In this document: in pieces, positions 28,873-39,156 of the stretch
Numbering within the stretch: position 1 is the first letter of the stretch
Layout of the letters: each line of letters opens with the position of its first letter
Assembly: GCA_043774805.1 (NCBI GenBank)
Contig: JAYVTB010000151.1
Location: forward strand, 7-64,006
DNA: 64,000 nucleotides
Direction of reading: 5' to 3'
Origin: Cyclobacteriaceae bacterium
GTDB taxonomy: Bacteria; Bacteroidota; Bacteroidia; Cytophagales; Cyclobacteriaceae
The notes under the pieces: generated by a model
What the model was told of the DNA's origin: nothing
Databases searched by the model: none
Seen by the model: only the letters and a program-made list of their open reading frames with translations
Position numbers and translations under genes: made by a program

Positions 28873-29535
28873 TTAGCTTAAGACCTCTTTAAGCACAGCC
28901 ACCGATTTCATTTCTCCGAAATTGTCAGAATGAACCTGGTAAAATCTCAGCAGTACAGAAAGGATATTTTTTCTATGTTCATACGTTAAAGATATCTCCT
29001 CATCATCTTGCAAAAGCATTTTCTGTAGCGCTTTTTCTTCGTCTTCACCGATCATCCTTCCTCCCAATACTTCACTTGATCGGTTTGGACCAAAACCCAA
29101 ATGCTTGCTCAATCCAATCAGAAATGTCAAGTGGAAATTTTCAGGATGCTGAAGCAGGTCAAGATGGATTAACGAATCGGCAATAAAATTGAAAATATCC
29201 TGAGGGTGGCTTTGCTCCTTTACCGATTTGTTTAAGATCTCATTAATGAACATGGCAATGGCTGCCTTGCGCACATCTGCATTGATAAAGTGATAAGGAT
29301 GAAAACACTTCACCTCCTTAATGTGCATGATGCCGCCACTCTCTTTGTGATACACCACCATATCCAGCAACGTCAGCGGTTGAAACAAGGCAATCCTGCT
29401 TTTACGAGAATTGGTTCTGACGCCTTTCACCACATAACTCTGCAATCCAAATTGCTCGGTGAAGATATTGGCGATGATGGAGGTCTCACCAAACTTCACA
29501 AACCTGAAAACTATTCCTCTGGTTTTATGGAGCAC
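28873..29535 (-). CDS. recO: DNA repair protein RecO
   Basis: KTRGIV...FGETSII...TEQFGLQSY, LFQPLTLL. Confidence 0.9.
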   Translation of the reverse strand: MLHKTRGIVFRFVKFGETSIIANIFTEQFGLQSYVVKGVRTNSRKSRIALFQPLTLLDMVVYHKESGGIMHIKEVKCFHPYHFINADVRKAAIAMFINEILNKSVKEQSHPQDIFNFIADSLIHLDLLQHPENFHLTFLIGLSKHLGFGPNRSSEVLGGRMIGEDEEKALQKMLLQDDEEISLTYEHRKNILSVLLRFYQVHSDNFGEMKSVAVLKEVLS

Positions 29536-29537
29536 AC

Positions 29538-30140
29538 TTACTTTTTACGATTTTTCATTCCTTCAAAAAACGACTCCCGGCTACGCGCCTCATACGTGTC
29601 CTTTTCACCAAGCATGACCATGACCTGCGCGCTGTTTTCATTTAACCTGAATGAAAAGGAGGCGATTTCTCCTGTCTCCGCGCAAATCGCATGAACCTTC
29701 GTTACAAATTCTGCCACCGCCAATAAATTAGGCATTGGCCCAAATGGCTTCCCTTCGTAATCCATGTCCAGCCCGGCTATGATCACACGCTTGCCACCAT
29801 TTGCCAATAGGTTACAGACTTCAATGATCGACTCATCAAAGAACTGAGCCTCATCAATACCCACCACATCGCAATCACCCGCCAGCAATATAATATCATT
29901 GGCAAAGTTTACCGGGGTCGCCCTTATTTCACGTTCATTGTGCGATACGATTTTCTCTAGGTGATATCGGGTGTCAATCCTTGGTTTGAATATCTCCACT
30001 TTTTGTTTGGCAATGAGAGCCCGGTTTAATCTCCGGATAAGTTCTTCTGTCTTACCCGAAAACATACACCCACAAATTACTTCAATCCAACCATTACGGC
30101 CGCCCGTTTTTGATCTACCTAAATGAGGCTCAATGAACAT
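29538..30140 (-). CDS. tdk: Thymidine kinase
   Basis: GCMFSGKTEELIRR, KPRIDTRY, GIDEAQFF, AGLDMD..G.PF, KVHAIC. Confidence 0.95.
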   Translation of the reverse strand: MFIEPHLGRSKTGGRNGWIEVICGCMFSGKTEELIRRLNRALIAKQKVEIFKPRIDTRYHLEKIVSHNEREIRATPVNFANDIILLAGDCDVVGIDEAQFFDESIIEVCNLLANGGKRVIIAGLDMDYEGKPFGPMPNLLAVAEFVTKVHAICAETGEIASFSFRLNENSAQVMVMLGEKDTYEARSRESFFEGMKNRKK

Positions 30141-30191
30141 ACCTGCAATTTAGGATTTGGCAAGAAGATATAACCACTGCAAAACTGGATT

Positions 30192-30515
30192 TTAAGCCGT
30201 ATAATCAACGTGAGGCATTTTGTTTTCTTCGCTAACACGAATCCTGCAATAGCCCAGTGCCTTAGTCTGGCAAGCAAGCCGCTCATTTTCTGCCAACTCG
30301 CCATGGCTTTGATACTTTAATTCTGAATGAGTTCGTGGTGATAGATTTTCCATTCCTTCAACCACGATCATTTTACATGTCGTGCAGCGCCCCTTACCTC
30401 CGCAGGCATGCATCCAATCGATATAATCAGATAACATCAACTCCAGGATGGAACTGGTCGGATCGATAAATGATAGTTCTTTTTGAGCCAAATTTTCAAT
30501 CACTATCTTTACCAT
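30192..30515 (-). CDS. 2Fe-2S ferredoxin-type protein
   Basis: HACGGKGRCTTC ... RLACQ. Confidence 0.9.
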   Translation of the reverse strand: MVKIVIENLAQKELSFIDPTSSILELMLSDYIDWMHACGGKGRCTTCKMIVVEGMENLSPRTHSELKYQSHGELAENERLACQTKALGYCRIRVSEENKMPHVDYTA

Positions 30516-30576
30516 GTAAGACCAATTTAAATCCGTTAACTTGGTTTATTAACAACATTACAGAAATTTTTTGCTC

Positions 30577-31566
30577 ATGGACGAAAAGATAAGTTTGAAA
30601 TCAGTAGATCAATATGCTCAGCAGTATTCACTATCCCTCGTCAATTCCTTCTTTTCGAAAAAGAATAAGATAACTGGCCCGGAAATACTTCAGTTGTCGG
30701 CTGTCAAACAAGTGAACCTTTTTGTTGTGCACGATCTGTTGATGGCCTGGAAGAAGGAAATTGAAAAGTTAAAAAGTCCATATTTTGACTATCATTCTCA
30801 GGATGTCAATGATGCCCTGGTTGCCTTTCAAAATACGCTTAGCAATCACATATTAATTGGAAAAGAGCATTTTCTTCCGCTGCTGACAAAAGCGGTTAGC
30901 CAAACGATCTACCTCATCCTTGATCCCTATGATTTCTATTCGGACACGTTGGATAAAAAAGAAGGTATGCCCTTAAATTCATCAGACTTAAAAAATGAGG
31001 TGAAATATATCAAAATCAACAAGGCGCCACTCGAAAAACTGGTAATCCGATTAGAAGAGAAGAAAATGATTTCCATTTCAGGGAACGAAGCATTCGCCAT
31101 GCTTGATCAAATCCTGGAAGAAGTAAATTTTACTCCGGAAGAAGTTGACTCATATCTGCAGCTGTTCAACAAGGTGGTGCCATTGAGAACAGAAAATTTT
31201 TATGAAGCAAAACCACTGTCTTCTCAGCCACTTGTTTTAAAACCTGAAGTGATCGTTTCCACCAGCACAGAGCGGGCAGTACCTACAGCGCAAAAGGAAA
31301 CCAAGCAAACGCTGGCGGATGATCTGGCTAAGAAAAAAATAATCTTACTGAAACAGAATCTTACCATCAACCAAAAATTCATGTTCACCAAGATTCTGTT
31401 TCATGGTGACTTTGAAATTTTTTCGGAGACCATTGATAAATTGGATCGATTTGATAGCATGGCTCAGGCAATGCGATTTATTGATGACGCCTATCCTCAT
31501 TGGGATAGAGAAAGCGAGGAGTATCTTGAGTTTATTGAGATTATTGAAAAGAGATTTGATCATTAA
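30577..31566 (+). CDS. Hypothetical protein, mostly helical
   Basis: Long ORF filling the gap. The C-terminal LTINQKFMFTKILFHGD motif resembles a Bacteroidota-conserved domain. Confidence 0.75.
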   Translation: MDEKISLKSVDQYAQQYSLSLVNSFFSKKNKITGPEILQLSAVKQVNLFVVHDLLMAWKKEIEKLKSPYFDYHSQDVNDALVAFQNTLSNHILIGKEHFLPLLTKAVSQTIYLILDPYDFYSDTLDKKEGMPLNSSDLKNEVKYIKINKAPLEKLVIRLEEKKMISISGNEAFAMLDQILEEVNFTPEEVDSYLQLFNKVVPLRTENFYEAKPLSSQPLVLKPEVIVSTSTERAVPTAQKETKQTLADDLAKKKIILLKQNLTINQKFMFTKILFHGDFEIFSETIDKLDRFDSMAQAMRFIDDAYPHWDRESEEYLEFIEIIEKRFDH

Positions 31567-32837
31567 ACGCGCTGTAACATCTGACTGCGGTGCGCATCTA
31601 ACTTAAGCAGCACAAACAACAGAATAGTAAATCCCCACAAAGAGGAACCTCCGTAGCTAAAAAACGGGAGAGGAATACCAATAACGGGGAAAAGTCCGAT
31701 CGTCATACCGATGTTCACGGCAAAGTGAAAGAAGAAAATACAGGCTACAGCATACCCATACGACCTGGCAAATTTGCTCTTCTGGCGTTCGGCAATAAAG
31801 AGGACTCGCAACAAGAAGAACACAAACAGTGCAATCATCACCAGGCTGCCAATCCAACCGTGCTCCTCACCGATCGTACAGAAAATAAAATCTGTACTTT
31901 GCTCAGGCACAAAATCATACTTAGTCTGTGTTCCTTCCAGAAAGCCCTTTCCTGAAAAGCCGCCACTGCCAATTGCAATTTTAGATTGAGTCACATTCCA
32001 GTTGATGCCCATCGGGTCAAAATTGGGATTCACTAATGCCTCCAATCTGTTTTTATGACGCACCGGCAACACATTATTAATAACATAATTAAAGCTTTGG
32101 ATAGTGACCATTATGATTAATGCCCCTGTGCTTAGCATCATAATACGCCTGGGTTTCCGCTTTCCCGAAAAAATCAGGACAGCGAGGATGACAAGAATTG
32201 CACCGTGCAGATACCAATTATTATCCACGATCAAAGTAAGGATAGCAATGAAGGCCATTGAGATTCCAACGATCAAGATGAATGGTGACATACCCTCGCG
32301 ATAGTACACTAATAGAAAAGAAGCAAACACGATAGCGGTTCCAAAATCTTTTTGGAGTATAATCAAACCCATGGGCACCCCAATCAATGCAAAGAGAATG
32401 GCCTGGTTGCGCGGGTTGTCCATACGGAAACCTACGGTTCCAATATACTTCGCTACGGCTAATGCGGTAATGAATTTCGCAAACTCCGAAGGCTGAATGC
32501 TAAACGAACCCATGCCAATCCACGATTTATTTCCACCTACCTCCTTGCCAATTATGGGCACCAGGAGCAGAGCAAAGATTATTATTCCGTAAAACAGGTA
32601 GGCAAACGTCTCATAGAACCGCACGTCCAACACAACAATGATCAAGATGATCACCATGGAAGCTGCAATGAAAATTAACTGACGGCCGGAATTTAATGAG
32701 AGATCAAAAATAGATTGATTAATGGCACCGTCATATACCACCGCAAAGATGTTAAGCCACCCCATTGTAACGAGCATTACATACAGGAGTACTGTCACCC
32801 AATCCAATTTGCCCGATATGTCTTCTTCCCTACTCAC
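31563..32837 (-). CDS. rodA: Rod shape-determining peptidoglycan polymerase RodA
   Basis: IQPSEFAK, QSKIAIGSGG, VPEQSTDFIF...GEE.G, PFFSYGGSS; mre/mrd operon context. Confidence 0.95.
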   Translation of the reverse strand: MSREEDISGKLDWVTVLLYVMLVTMGWLNIFAVVYDGAINQSIFDLSLNSGRQLIFIAASMVIILIIVVLDVRFYETFAYLFYGIIIFALLLVPIIGKEVGGNKSWIGMGSFSIQPSEFAKFITALAVAKYIGTVGFRMDNPRNQAILFALIGVPMGLIILQKDFGTAIVFASFLLVYYREGMSPFILIVGISMAFIAILTLIVDNNWYLHGAILVILAVLIFSGKRKPRRIMMLSTGALIIMVTIQSFNYVINNVLPVRHKNRLEALVNPNFDPMGINWNVTQSKIAIGSGGFSGKGFLEGTQTKYDFVPEQSTDFIFCTIGEEHGWIGSLVMIALFVFFLLRVLFIAERQKSKFARSYGYAVACIFFFHFAVNIGMTIGLFPVIGIPLPFFSYGGSSLWGFTILLFVLLKLDAHRSQMLQRV

Positions 32838-34645
32838 TCAAACTTATTGTTAAGCACGTATTGTTCTATATGAGGTCGTTTGGTTTTCCCAAACAAATAT
32901 TTTTCAATTATCAAGCTGGCGATGGAGGCGGCTGCCCGCGCGCCTTGCCCTGCATCTTCCACATACACTGACACCGCAATCTTTGGATTATCTTTTGGTG
33001 CAAAGGCAATGAAGACCGAATGATCAAAGAGCGGGGGAGCATTTTCTACTGTTCCGGTCTTTCCGCAGACAATCACATCAGCAAGCTTTGCACGTTGACC
33101 TGTTCCTTCTCTTACCACTTGTTCCATAGCATCAACTGCAATCATAAAATAAGATGAATCGATAGAAGTATAATTTCGCTCCGCATATTTTGGTAAAGGT
33201 TTACCATCTCCGCCAATGGTCTTAACCAAATGAGGTGTGTAATAGAAGCCACGATTTGCGATGGTGGCAGCAAAGTTTGCCATTTGAATAGGCACGACCA
33301 GGTTCTCACCTTCGCCAATGGCAATTGAATATATGTTAGAAAATTTCCAAGGCCTGTTTCGATACGCACGATCGTAATAGGCCGGTGTTGGAATAAGTCC
33401 GCCCTTTTCATTCGGCAGGTCTATACCCAACGCATGACCAAATCCAAAACTGGTGATGTGCTTATCCCATTCCGCCAGACCAATGCGCGTGTCTTCAAAT
33501 GGATCAGTCGATGTCCCCTTATTAAGCATGCGTCTTAATACAGTGTGAAAGTAGGGATTACACGAATTAGCGATGGCTCCCCGCAAATCTTCGTTGGAGT
33601 GTGCCCCGTGACAATTGATAATAGACCGGTCACATCGAATGCGTGTTTCTGGCGTAATCACTTTTTCCTGAAGTGCCGTCATCGCCTGCGCGATTTTAAA
33701 AATTGAGCCTGGTCTGTATTGTGCCATGAGGGGCCGGTTAAACAACGGCTTCAACGTGTCGGAATTAATCAACTTAAAATTGGTACTATAGTTCTTGCCG
33801 GTTAACAAAACCGGATCATAGGAAGGGCCCGATACCAATGACAATATTTCACCCGATGAAGGTTCGATAGCAACAATGCTTCCTGACTTTCCCTTCATTA
33901 AAAATTCCCCGTATTGCTGCAAGTCGATATCAATTCCCGTTATAAGATTTTGACCGGGGACAGAAAGTGTGTCATATTTTCCACCATTGAACGAGCCTTT
34001 CTCAATACCCTTTACATCGCGCAGTTTAAAACGAACACCACGCTTACCCCGCAATTGTTGTTCATAAAATGCTTCAATGCCGCTCTGCCCAATATAATCT
34101 CCTTGTTTATAGATTCGTGATTTATCTTTACTCAGCTGATCTTTATTGATTTCACTTACATAACCCAACGCATTTGCCAGGGCACTTGACGAATAGGCAC
34201 GTGTCGTTCGCGCCTGTATGTAAATCCCAGGAAACTCATCCATCCGATCCTGCACCCGAGCAAAATCAACGTTGGAAAGTTGATCAATGAAAAGCGTAGG
34301 TTTGAATTGAGAGTATTCCTTTCGTGCCTTCATCTCTTTAAACTTGGCACGCAACTGCTCGCGAGTCATTTCAAACGTTTCACAAAACTTAACAGAGTCA
34401 AACTTCCTGATGTCTTTGACAATGACTTCAATATCATACTCTGGAGTATTGTAGACGATCAACTTTTTATTACGATCATAAATAAGTCCACGAAAAGGAT
34501 ATTCTACCTGACGAAGGATGGCATTACCTTCTGCCATTTCAGCATAACGCTTATCCAATACCTGGATGGAGAAAAGTTTGATCAGGAAAATTACCCCGAC
34601 CAGGATCATTACAATTTGCACTATTTCTTTGCGCGAATCATTCAT
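32834..34645 (-). CDS. mrdA: Penicillin-binding protein 2
   Basis: RGLIYDRN, PGSIFK (SxxK), SCN, GKTGT. Confidence 0.95.
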   Translation of the reverse strand: MNDSRKEIVQIVMILVGVIFLIKLFSIQVLDKRYAEMAEGNAILRQVEYPFRGLIYDRNKKLIVYNTPEYDIEVIVKDIRKFDSVKFCETFEMTREQLRAKFKEMKARKEYSQFKPTLFIDQLSNVDFARVQDRMDEFPGIYIQARTTRAYSSSALANALGYVSEINKDQLSKDKSRIYKQGDYIGQSGIEAFYEQQLRGKRGVRFKLRDVKGIEKGSFNGGKYDTLSVPGQNLITGIDIDLQQYGEFLMKGKSGSIVAIEPSSGEILSLVSGPSYDPVLLTGKNYSTNFKLINSDTLKPLFNRPLMAQYRPGSIFKIAQAMTALQEKVITPETRIRCDRSIINCHGAHSNEDLRGAIANSCNPYFHTVLRRMLNKGTSTDPFEDTRIGLAEWDKHITSFGFGHALGIDLPNEKGGLIPTPAYYDRAYRNRPWKFSNIYSIAIGEGENLVVPIQMANFAATIANRGFYYTPHLVKTIGGDGKPLPKYAERNYTSIDSSYFMIAVDAMEQVVREGTGQRAKLADVIVCGKTGTVENAPPLFDHSVFIAFAPKDNPKIAVSVYVEDAGQGARAAASIASLIIEKYLFGKTKRPHIEQYVLNNKFE

Positions 34646-35157
34646 ACTCTTTTCCGCTGCGGAACAAGGAATTGTAAAAACACAATCACAATCATGGTAA
34701 AGAACAAGCTACTGATGATCTTCAACATGGTGAACCAAAAAAGATCAAACCCTGAGGCCTCTAAAAAAAACAACACAAAATGATGCGTGAAAACTAAAGG
34801 TATAGCGTACACCAAAAACCACTGCACTCCATTAGATGCCATCGTGGGAGAATTTCCCGCCTCATATCCGCCTTGCGGTGTAATAACGGATAACCAATAG
34901 TTGCGCAAATAACTCATCAGGACGGTAGCAAAAGCATGAAGGCCCATGCTGTCATAAAAAATATCAATCGAGAAGCCCACCAAAAATCCAATCAGAATAG
35001 TCATCATGGTGCTTAGTTCAAATGGGAGCAGCAGGATAAAGACCACATATAAAAAACAAAATGCTGAATCAAACAGAACGAGGTTCTTCAATAGCATCAC
35101 TTGTACCGTGATGTACACAAAAAAAAGAACAACATGAATAATGCCCGATCTGATCAT
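34642..35157 (-). CDS. mreD: Rod shape-determining protein MreD
   Basis: Hydrophobic protein with GFSIDIF...GLHA, located between mreC and mrdA. Confidence 0.85.
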   Translation of the reverse strand: MIRSGIIHVVLFFVYITVQVMLLKNLVLFDSAFCFLYVVFILLLPFELSTMMTILIGFLVGFSIDIFYDSMGLHAFATVLMSYLRNYWLSVITPQGGYEAGNSPTMASNGVQWFLVYAIPLVFTHHFVLFFLEASGFDLFWFTMLKIISSLFFTMIVIVFLQFLVPQRKRV

Positions 35158-35993
35158 TGTATTTCTCCAATAGTAACCATGACTAGCGAGTCTCTTTCTT
35201 TTTTCAGGTTGCTTTTCACCAACTCCACAAATGACAGCTTGCTGAAGTCTTGTGCCAACTCAACCTGGATATTCCAAAAAGGTGATTCTTCACTCAGTGT
35301 TGCAGCGTGCACCACGCCCACTAAAATTCCCTTTGGGAAAACCGCATTAAACCCAGAAGTTATTATAGTGTCACCAACCGCTGGGTTTGCATGACGGGGA
35401 ATATACCGGAGATTTGTAAAACGGGCATCGGATCCATCCCATTGTGCTGTTCCAAAATAATCTTTATCCTTAACAATGCAGGACACCATTTCATCCGTGT
35501 GCAGTAATGAAATCAATACTGAAAAATGATCTGATACTGATTTTACTTTTCCCACTGCTCCTGAAAAACTTATGGCTGCCATACCAGGCTGAATTCCATC
35601 TAATTTTCCTTTATCTACCGTAATGTAGTTTTTATAAAGCTGGGTCGAGTTCGATATTACCTTGGCGCTTATGTATTCAAACCGATGACTGATTGCCGAA
35701 TCACTTAGCTCAGGTATCCGGGCAGCATATATTCTTTGATTGCGCTGTTCCAGTGCTGTACGAAGAATTGCATTTTCCTGCGCCAGTTCCTCATTGATCG
35801 TTCTCAATGAAAAATATTCCCTGACCCCTTGTGAGAAACCCAAAATATTTGCGGCCACGCGATTGGAGGAATTGAAATAAGCCGAACTCTGGTACTGATT
35901 GTTCTCCACAATCAACCAGGCGCACATCAACTCTAAAAAAATAAACGTAATAAAAGCCCGATACTCGTAAATAAACTTTAGGAGCCTCTCCAT
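35154..35993 (-). CDS. mreC: Rod shape-determining protein MreC
   Basis: Coiled coil, ITVDKG..DGI..GMA, GDTIITSG...FPKGI.VG. Confidence 0.93.
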   Translation of the reverse strand: MERLLKFIYEYRAFITFIFLELMCAWLIVENNQYQSSAYFNSSNRVAANILGFSQGVREYFSLRTINEELAQENAILRTALEQRNQRIYAARIPELSDSAISHRFEYISAKVISNSTQLYKNYITVDKGKLDGIQPGMAAISFSGAVGKVKSVSDHFSVLISLLHTDEMVSCIVKDKDYFGTAQWDGSDARFTNLRYIPRHANPAVGDTIITSGFNAVFPKGILVGVVHAATLSEESPFWNIQVELAQDFSKLSFVELVKSNLKKERDSLVMVTIGEIQ

Positions 35994-35997
35994 TGGT

Positions 35998-37023
35998 TTA
36001 TGTCATCAAAACCTTCCTGAATTTTTCGAGGTCTTTCAAGGCAGCACCGGTGCCTCTCACCACCGCTCTCAACGGATCATCCGCCACATGAATGGGCAAT
36101 TTTGTTTTCAGTGAAAGACGTTTGTCAAGGCCGCGAAGCATAGCCCCTCCACCGGTAAGATAGATGCCTTGCTCATAGATGTCCGCTGACAGTTCGGGAG
36201 GAGAAAGTTCTAGCGCTTTGAGCACTGCTTCTTCTAATTTCGATATCGATTTATCCAGTGCGAAAGCAACTTCAGAATACGATATCTTTATTGTTTTAGG
36301 GATACCCGTCATTAAATCACGGCCACGTATTTCATAATCTTCAGGGCCGTCATCTAATTCCGTGAGGGCGGAACCTACTTCAATTTTCACACGCTCAGCT
36401 GAGCGCTCCCCGATCAACAGGTTATGTTGCCTGCGCATGTAATCCAGTATATCACGATTGAATGTGTCACCCGCAATGCGTATCGATTGATCACATACAA
36501 TTCCTGAAAGGGCAATCACCGCGATGTCCGTTGTGCCTCCACCAATATCAACAATCATATTCCCTACCGGCTCTTCAATGTCAATGCCAATTCCAATGGC
36601 AGCAGCAATGGGTTCATGAATCATGTACACTTCTTTTGCATTGGCATGTTCTGCTGAGTCACGCACCGCGCGTTTCTCAACTTCTGTAATTGCAGAAGGA
36701 ATGCAGATCACCATGCGCAAAGAGGGTGGGAAAAGTCTCCGACCAGTGTCGATCATTTTAATCATACCACGAATCATCATCTCCGCAGCGTGAAAATCAG
36801 CAATAACGCCTTCCTTTAATGGGCGAATCGTTTTGATATTATCGTGTGTCTTCTCGTGCATCTGCATGGCTTCACGACCAATGGCGAGCACCTTGCCCGT
36901 GATCCGATCAAGAGCGATGATTGATGGCTCATCTACGACAACTTTATCTTTGTGAATAATCAGTGTATTGGCAGTTCCCAGGTCGATCGCAATGTCACTG
37001 GTGAAGAAATCAAAAAGTCCCAT
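35998..37023 (-). CDS. mreB: Actin-like rod shape protein MreB
   Basis: AIDLGTANT, IRPLKEGVIADF, VDIGGGTT, LTGGGAMLRGLD. Confidence 0.98.
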   Translation of the reverse strand: MGLFDFFTSDIAIDLGTANTLIIHKDKVVVDEPSIIALDRITGKVLAIGREAMQMHEKTHDNIKTIRPLKEGVIADFHAAEMMIRGMIKMIDTGRRLFPPSLRMVICIPSAITEVEKRAVRDSAEHANAKEVYMIHEPIAAAIGIGIDIEEPVGNMIVDIGGGTTDIAVIALSGIVCDQSIRIAGDTFNRDILDYMRRQHNLLIGERSAERVKIEVGSALTELDDGPEDYEIRGRDLMTGIPKTIKISYSEVAFALDKSISKLEEAVLKALELSPPELSADIYEQGIYLTGGGAMLRGLDKRLSLKTKLPIHVADDPLRAVVRGTGAALKDLEKFRKVLMT

Positions 37024-37116
37024 TCGTTACTCCCCTTTGTATAGTTAAATAAAACACGAAATTACAGAAATATTCCGTGGAATTTTTACCGTAATCTGCT
37101 GAAAAACTTACACCTT

Positions 37117-38643
37117 CTAATGCTTGAAATGGCGAGTGCCTGTGAAGACCATAGCCATATCGTTGTGATCACAATAATCGATCGAGTCCTGATCTTTGAT
37201 GGAGCCACCAGGTTGAATCACTGCCACTATTCCTTGCTGATGGGCAATCTCCACACAATCTGGGAAGGGAAAGAAAGCATCCGATGCCATTACTGCTCCT
37301 TTCAGATCAAATCCAAAGGCATCTGCTTTCTCGATCGCCTGCTTCAATGCATCCACGCGACTGGTTTGACCAACACCACTGGCAAGCAGTTGACCATTCA
37401 CCGCCAGAATGATTGTGTTTGACTTGGTGTGTTTGCAAATCTTGCTGGCAAAGAGAAGTGCATCCACTTGTTCTGATGAAGGTGCGCGTTTCGTAACCTC
37501 TCTCAAATCAGCTTTTGAATCAGTTTTTAAATCCAAATCCTGCTCTATAACTCCATTCAATAGACTCTTGAATTGTTTTTTGGCTGTGATCGACTGTTTT
37601 TGCGTTAGTATAATTCTGTTCTTTTTAGATTTCAACAACTCAAGCGCGACAGAATCATAACCCGGAGCGATCAAAATCTCAAAGAACAACTTATTGATTT
37701 CTTCAGCTGCCGACACGTCAATTTTCTGGTTCGATGCCAACACGCCTCCAAAAGCTGAAATAGTATCCGCCTGAAAAGCTTTTAGGTATGCCTCCTTCAC
37801 GGTGGCACCCGTTGCTACGCCACATGCATTGGTGTGTTTAATAATGACGAAGGAAGTTTCGCCTTCAAATTCCTTAACGAGGTGAATAGCCGCATCAACA
37901 TCCACAAGGTTGTTGTAAGAAAGCTCCTTACCGTTTAACTGATCAAAAAGATTTTCAAGATTACCAAAAAATACACCTTGCTGGTGAGGGTTTTCTCCAT
38001 AACGCAAAATCTTACCTTGTTTTATGCTGGCTTTGAAACTTGAGATGCCCTGCTCCTGATTGAAATACTCAAAGATGGCAGCATCATAATGAGAAGTAAC
38101 ATCAAAGGCCCTGGCGGCAAAATGCTTTCTGTCTGCCAGGTCAGATGAACCATTCTTCGCCATTAGTAAATCAAGTAACTGCTGATATTGTGTCCGCTCA
38201 GAAACTATCAGCACATCATTGAAATTCTTTGCTGCACCACGAATAAGAGAAATGCCTCCAATGTCAATTTTCTCAACGATATCTTCTTCTGCACCTCCTT
38301 TGGCTACTGTTTCTTCAAATGGATATAAATCAACGATCACTAAATCAATAGCAGAAATATTGAACTCGCTGGCTTGTTTCAAGTCACCTGCATCATCGCG
38401 CCTGTAAAGGATTCCACCAAAAACGGCAGGATGTAATGTCTTCACGCGGCCTCCGAAAATAGAAGGATAACCCGTTAGTTTTTCAACTGGAATTACCGGG
38501 TAGCCAAGTTTTTCAATGAAGTCCTGAGTACCTCCGGTGGATACAAATTCAACTCCTCGCTTAGCCAGTTCATGAATGATCGGCTCAAGATTATCCTTAT
38601 AATAAACTGAAATGAGGGCACGGGAAATTTTCTTTGATGACAT
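37117..38643 (-). CDS. purH: Bifunctional AICAR transformylase/IMP cyclohydrolase; start ATG 38643
   Basis: ALISVY.K, GGRVKTLHP, IDIGG, LRYGENPHQ, ASDAFFPF, QPGGSIKD, TGTRHFKH. Confidence 0.97.
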   Translation of the reverse strand: MSSKKISRALISVYYKDNLEPIIHELAKRGVEFVSTGGTQDFIEKLGYPVIPVEKLTGYPSIFGGRVKTLHPAVFGGILYRRDDAGDLKQASEFNISAIDLVIVDLYPFEETVAKGGAEEDIVEKIDIGGISLIRGAAKNFNDVLIVSERTQYQQLLDLLMAKNGSSDLADRKHFAARAFDVTSHYDAAIFEYFNQEQGISSFKASIKQGKILRYGENPHQQGVFFGNLENLFDQLNGKELSYNNLVDVDAAIHLVKEFEGETSFVIIKHTNACGVATGATVKEAYLKAFQADTISAFGGVLASNQKIDVSAAEEINKLFFEILIAPGYDSVALELLKSKKNRIILTQKQSITAKKQFKSLLNGVIEQDLDLKTDSKADLREVTKRAPSSEQVDALLFASKICKHTKSNTIILAVNGQLLASGVGQTSRVDALKQAIEKADAFGFDLKGAVMASDAFFPFPDCVEIAHQQGIVAVIQPGGSIKDQDSIDYCDHNDMAMVFTGTRHFKH

Positions 38644-38763
38644 GGTATTGAATTGAGGTGCAAAAATGCGGGAATTAAATGTTCCGCGCAAAGACACAGC
38701 GAAAGCAAAAGCCTTTTCTTTGATTTAACTTAGTGATTTCATTATTGCTGCTGACATACTGAA

Positions 38764-39156
38764 ATGAAACTCTTTCTTCACCTGGAACTTCGTCCCTGGC
38801 AGGATACTGGCTACGAAAAGCCATTACTATCGTTTGCTTCTTCTCTTTCGAGTGATGTGATCGGGGCCGAGATTGATAATCAGTCGGATGGCGCTATCGT
38901 TGAAGTCGTAGTAAAACTCTGCGGCCAGGTAGATCAAATTTTTGTATTAATTCAGGCCAGTCCCGATCAGGCCATCGGTTCAACACTAAAACTACTGAAT
39001 CACCTCCTAAGAAATGACCACCAGGTTTATACTGTCGTGCTATCAGGGAATCACGAACAAGCTGAAAAATTACTTCGTACCCTCGATCAGCGGTTTAAGA
39101 AGGAAGATGATCAGGAAAAAATAAAAGAGTTGATTAAAGCTTTCGCGTTAGCTTAA
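38764..39156 (+). CDS. Hypothetical protein (130 aa)
   Basis: The only ORF filling the gap divergent from purH; alternating strand/helix pattern. Confidence 0.65.
   Translation: MKLFLHLELRPWQDTGYEKPLLSFASSLSSDVIGAEIDNQSDGAIVEVVVKLCGQVDQIFVLIQASPDQAIGSTLKLLNHLLRNDHQVYTVVLSGNHEQAEKLLRTLDQRFKKEDDQEKIKELIKAFALA

Noticed and set aside
34280-34783. 167-aa plus-strand ORF opposite mrdA/mreD
   Set aside because: Antisense shadow of essential genes.
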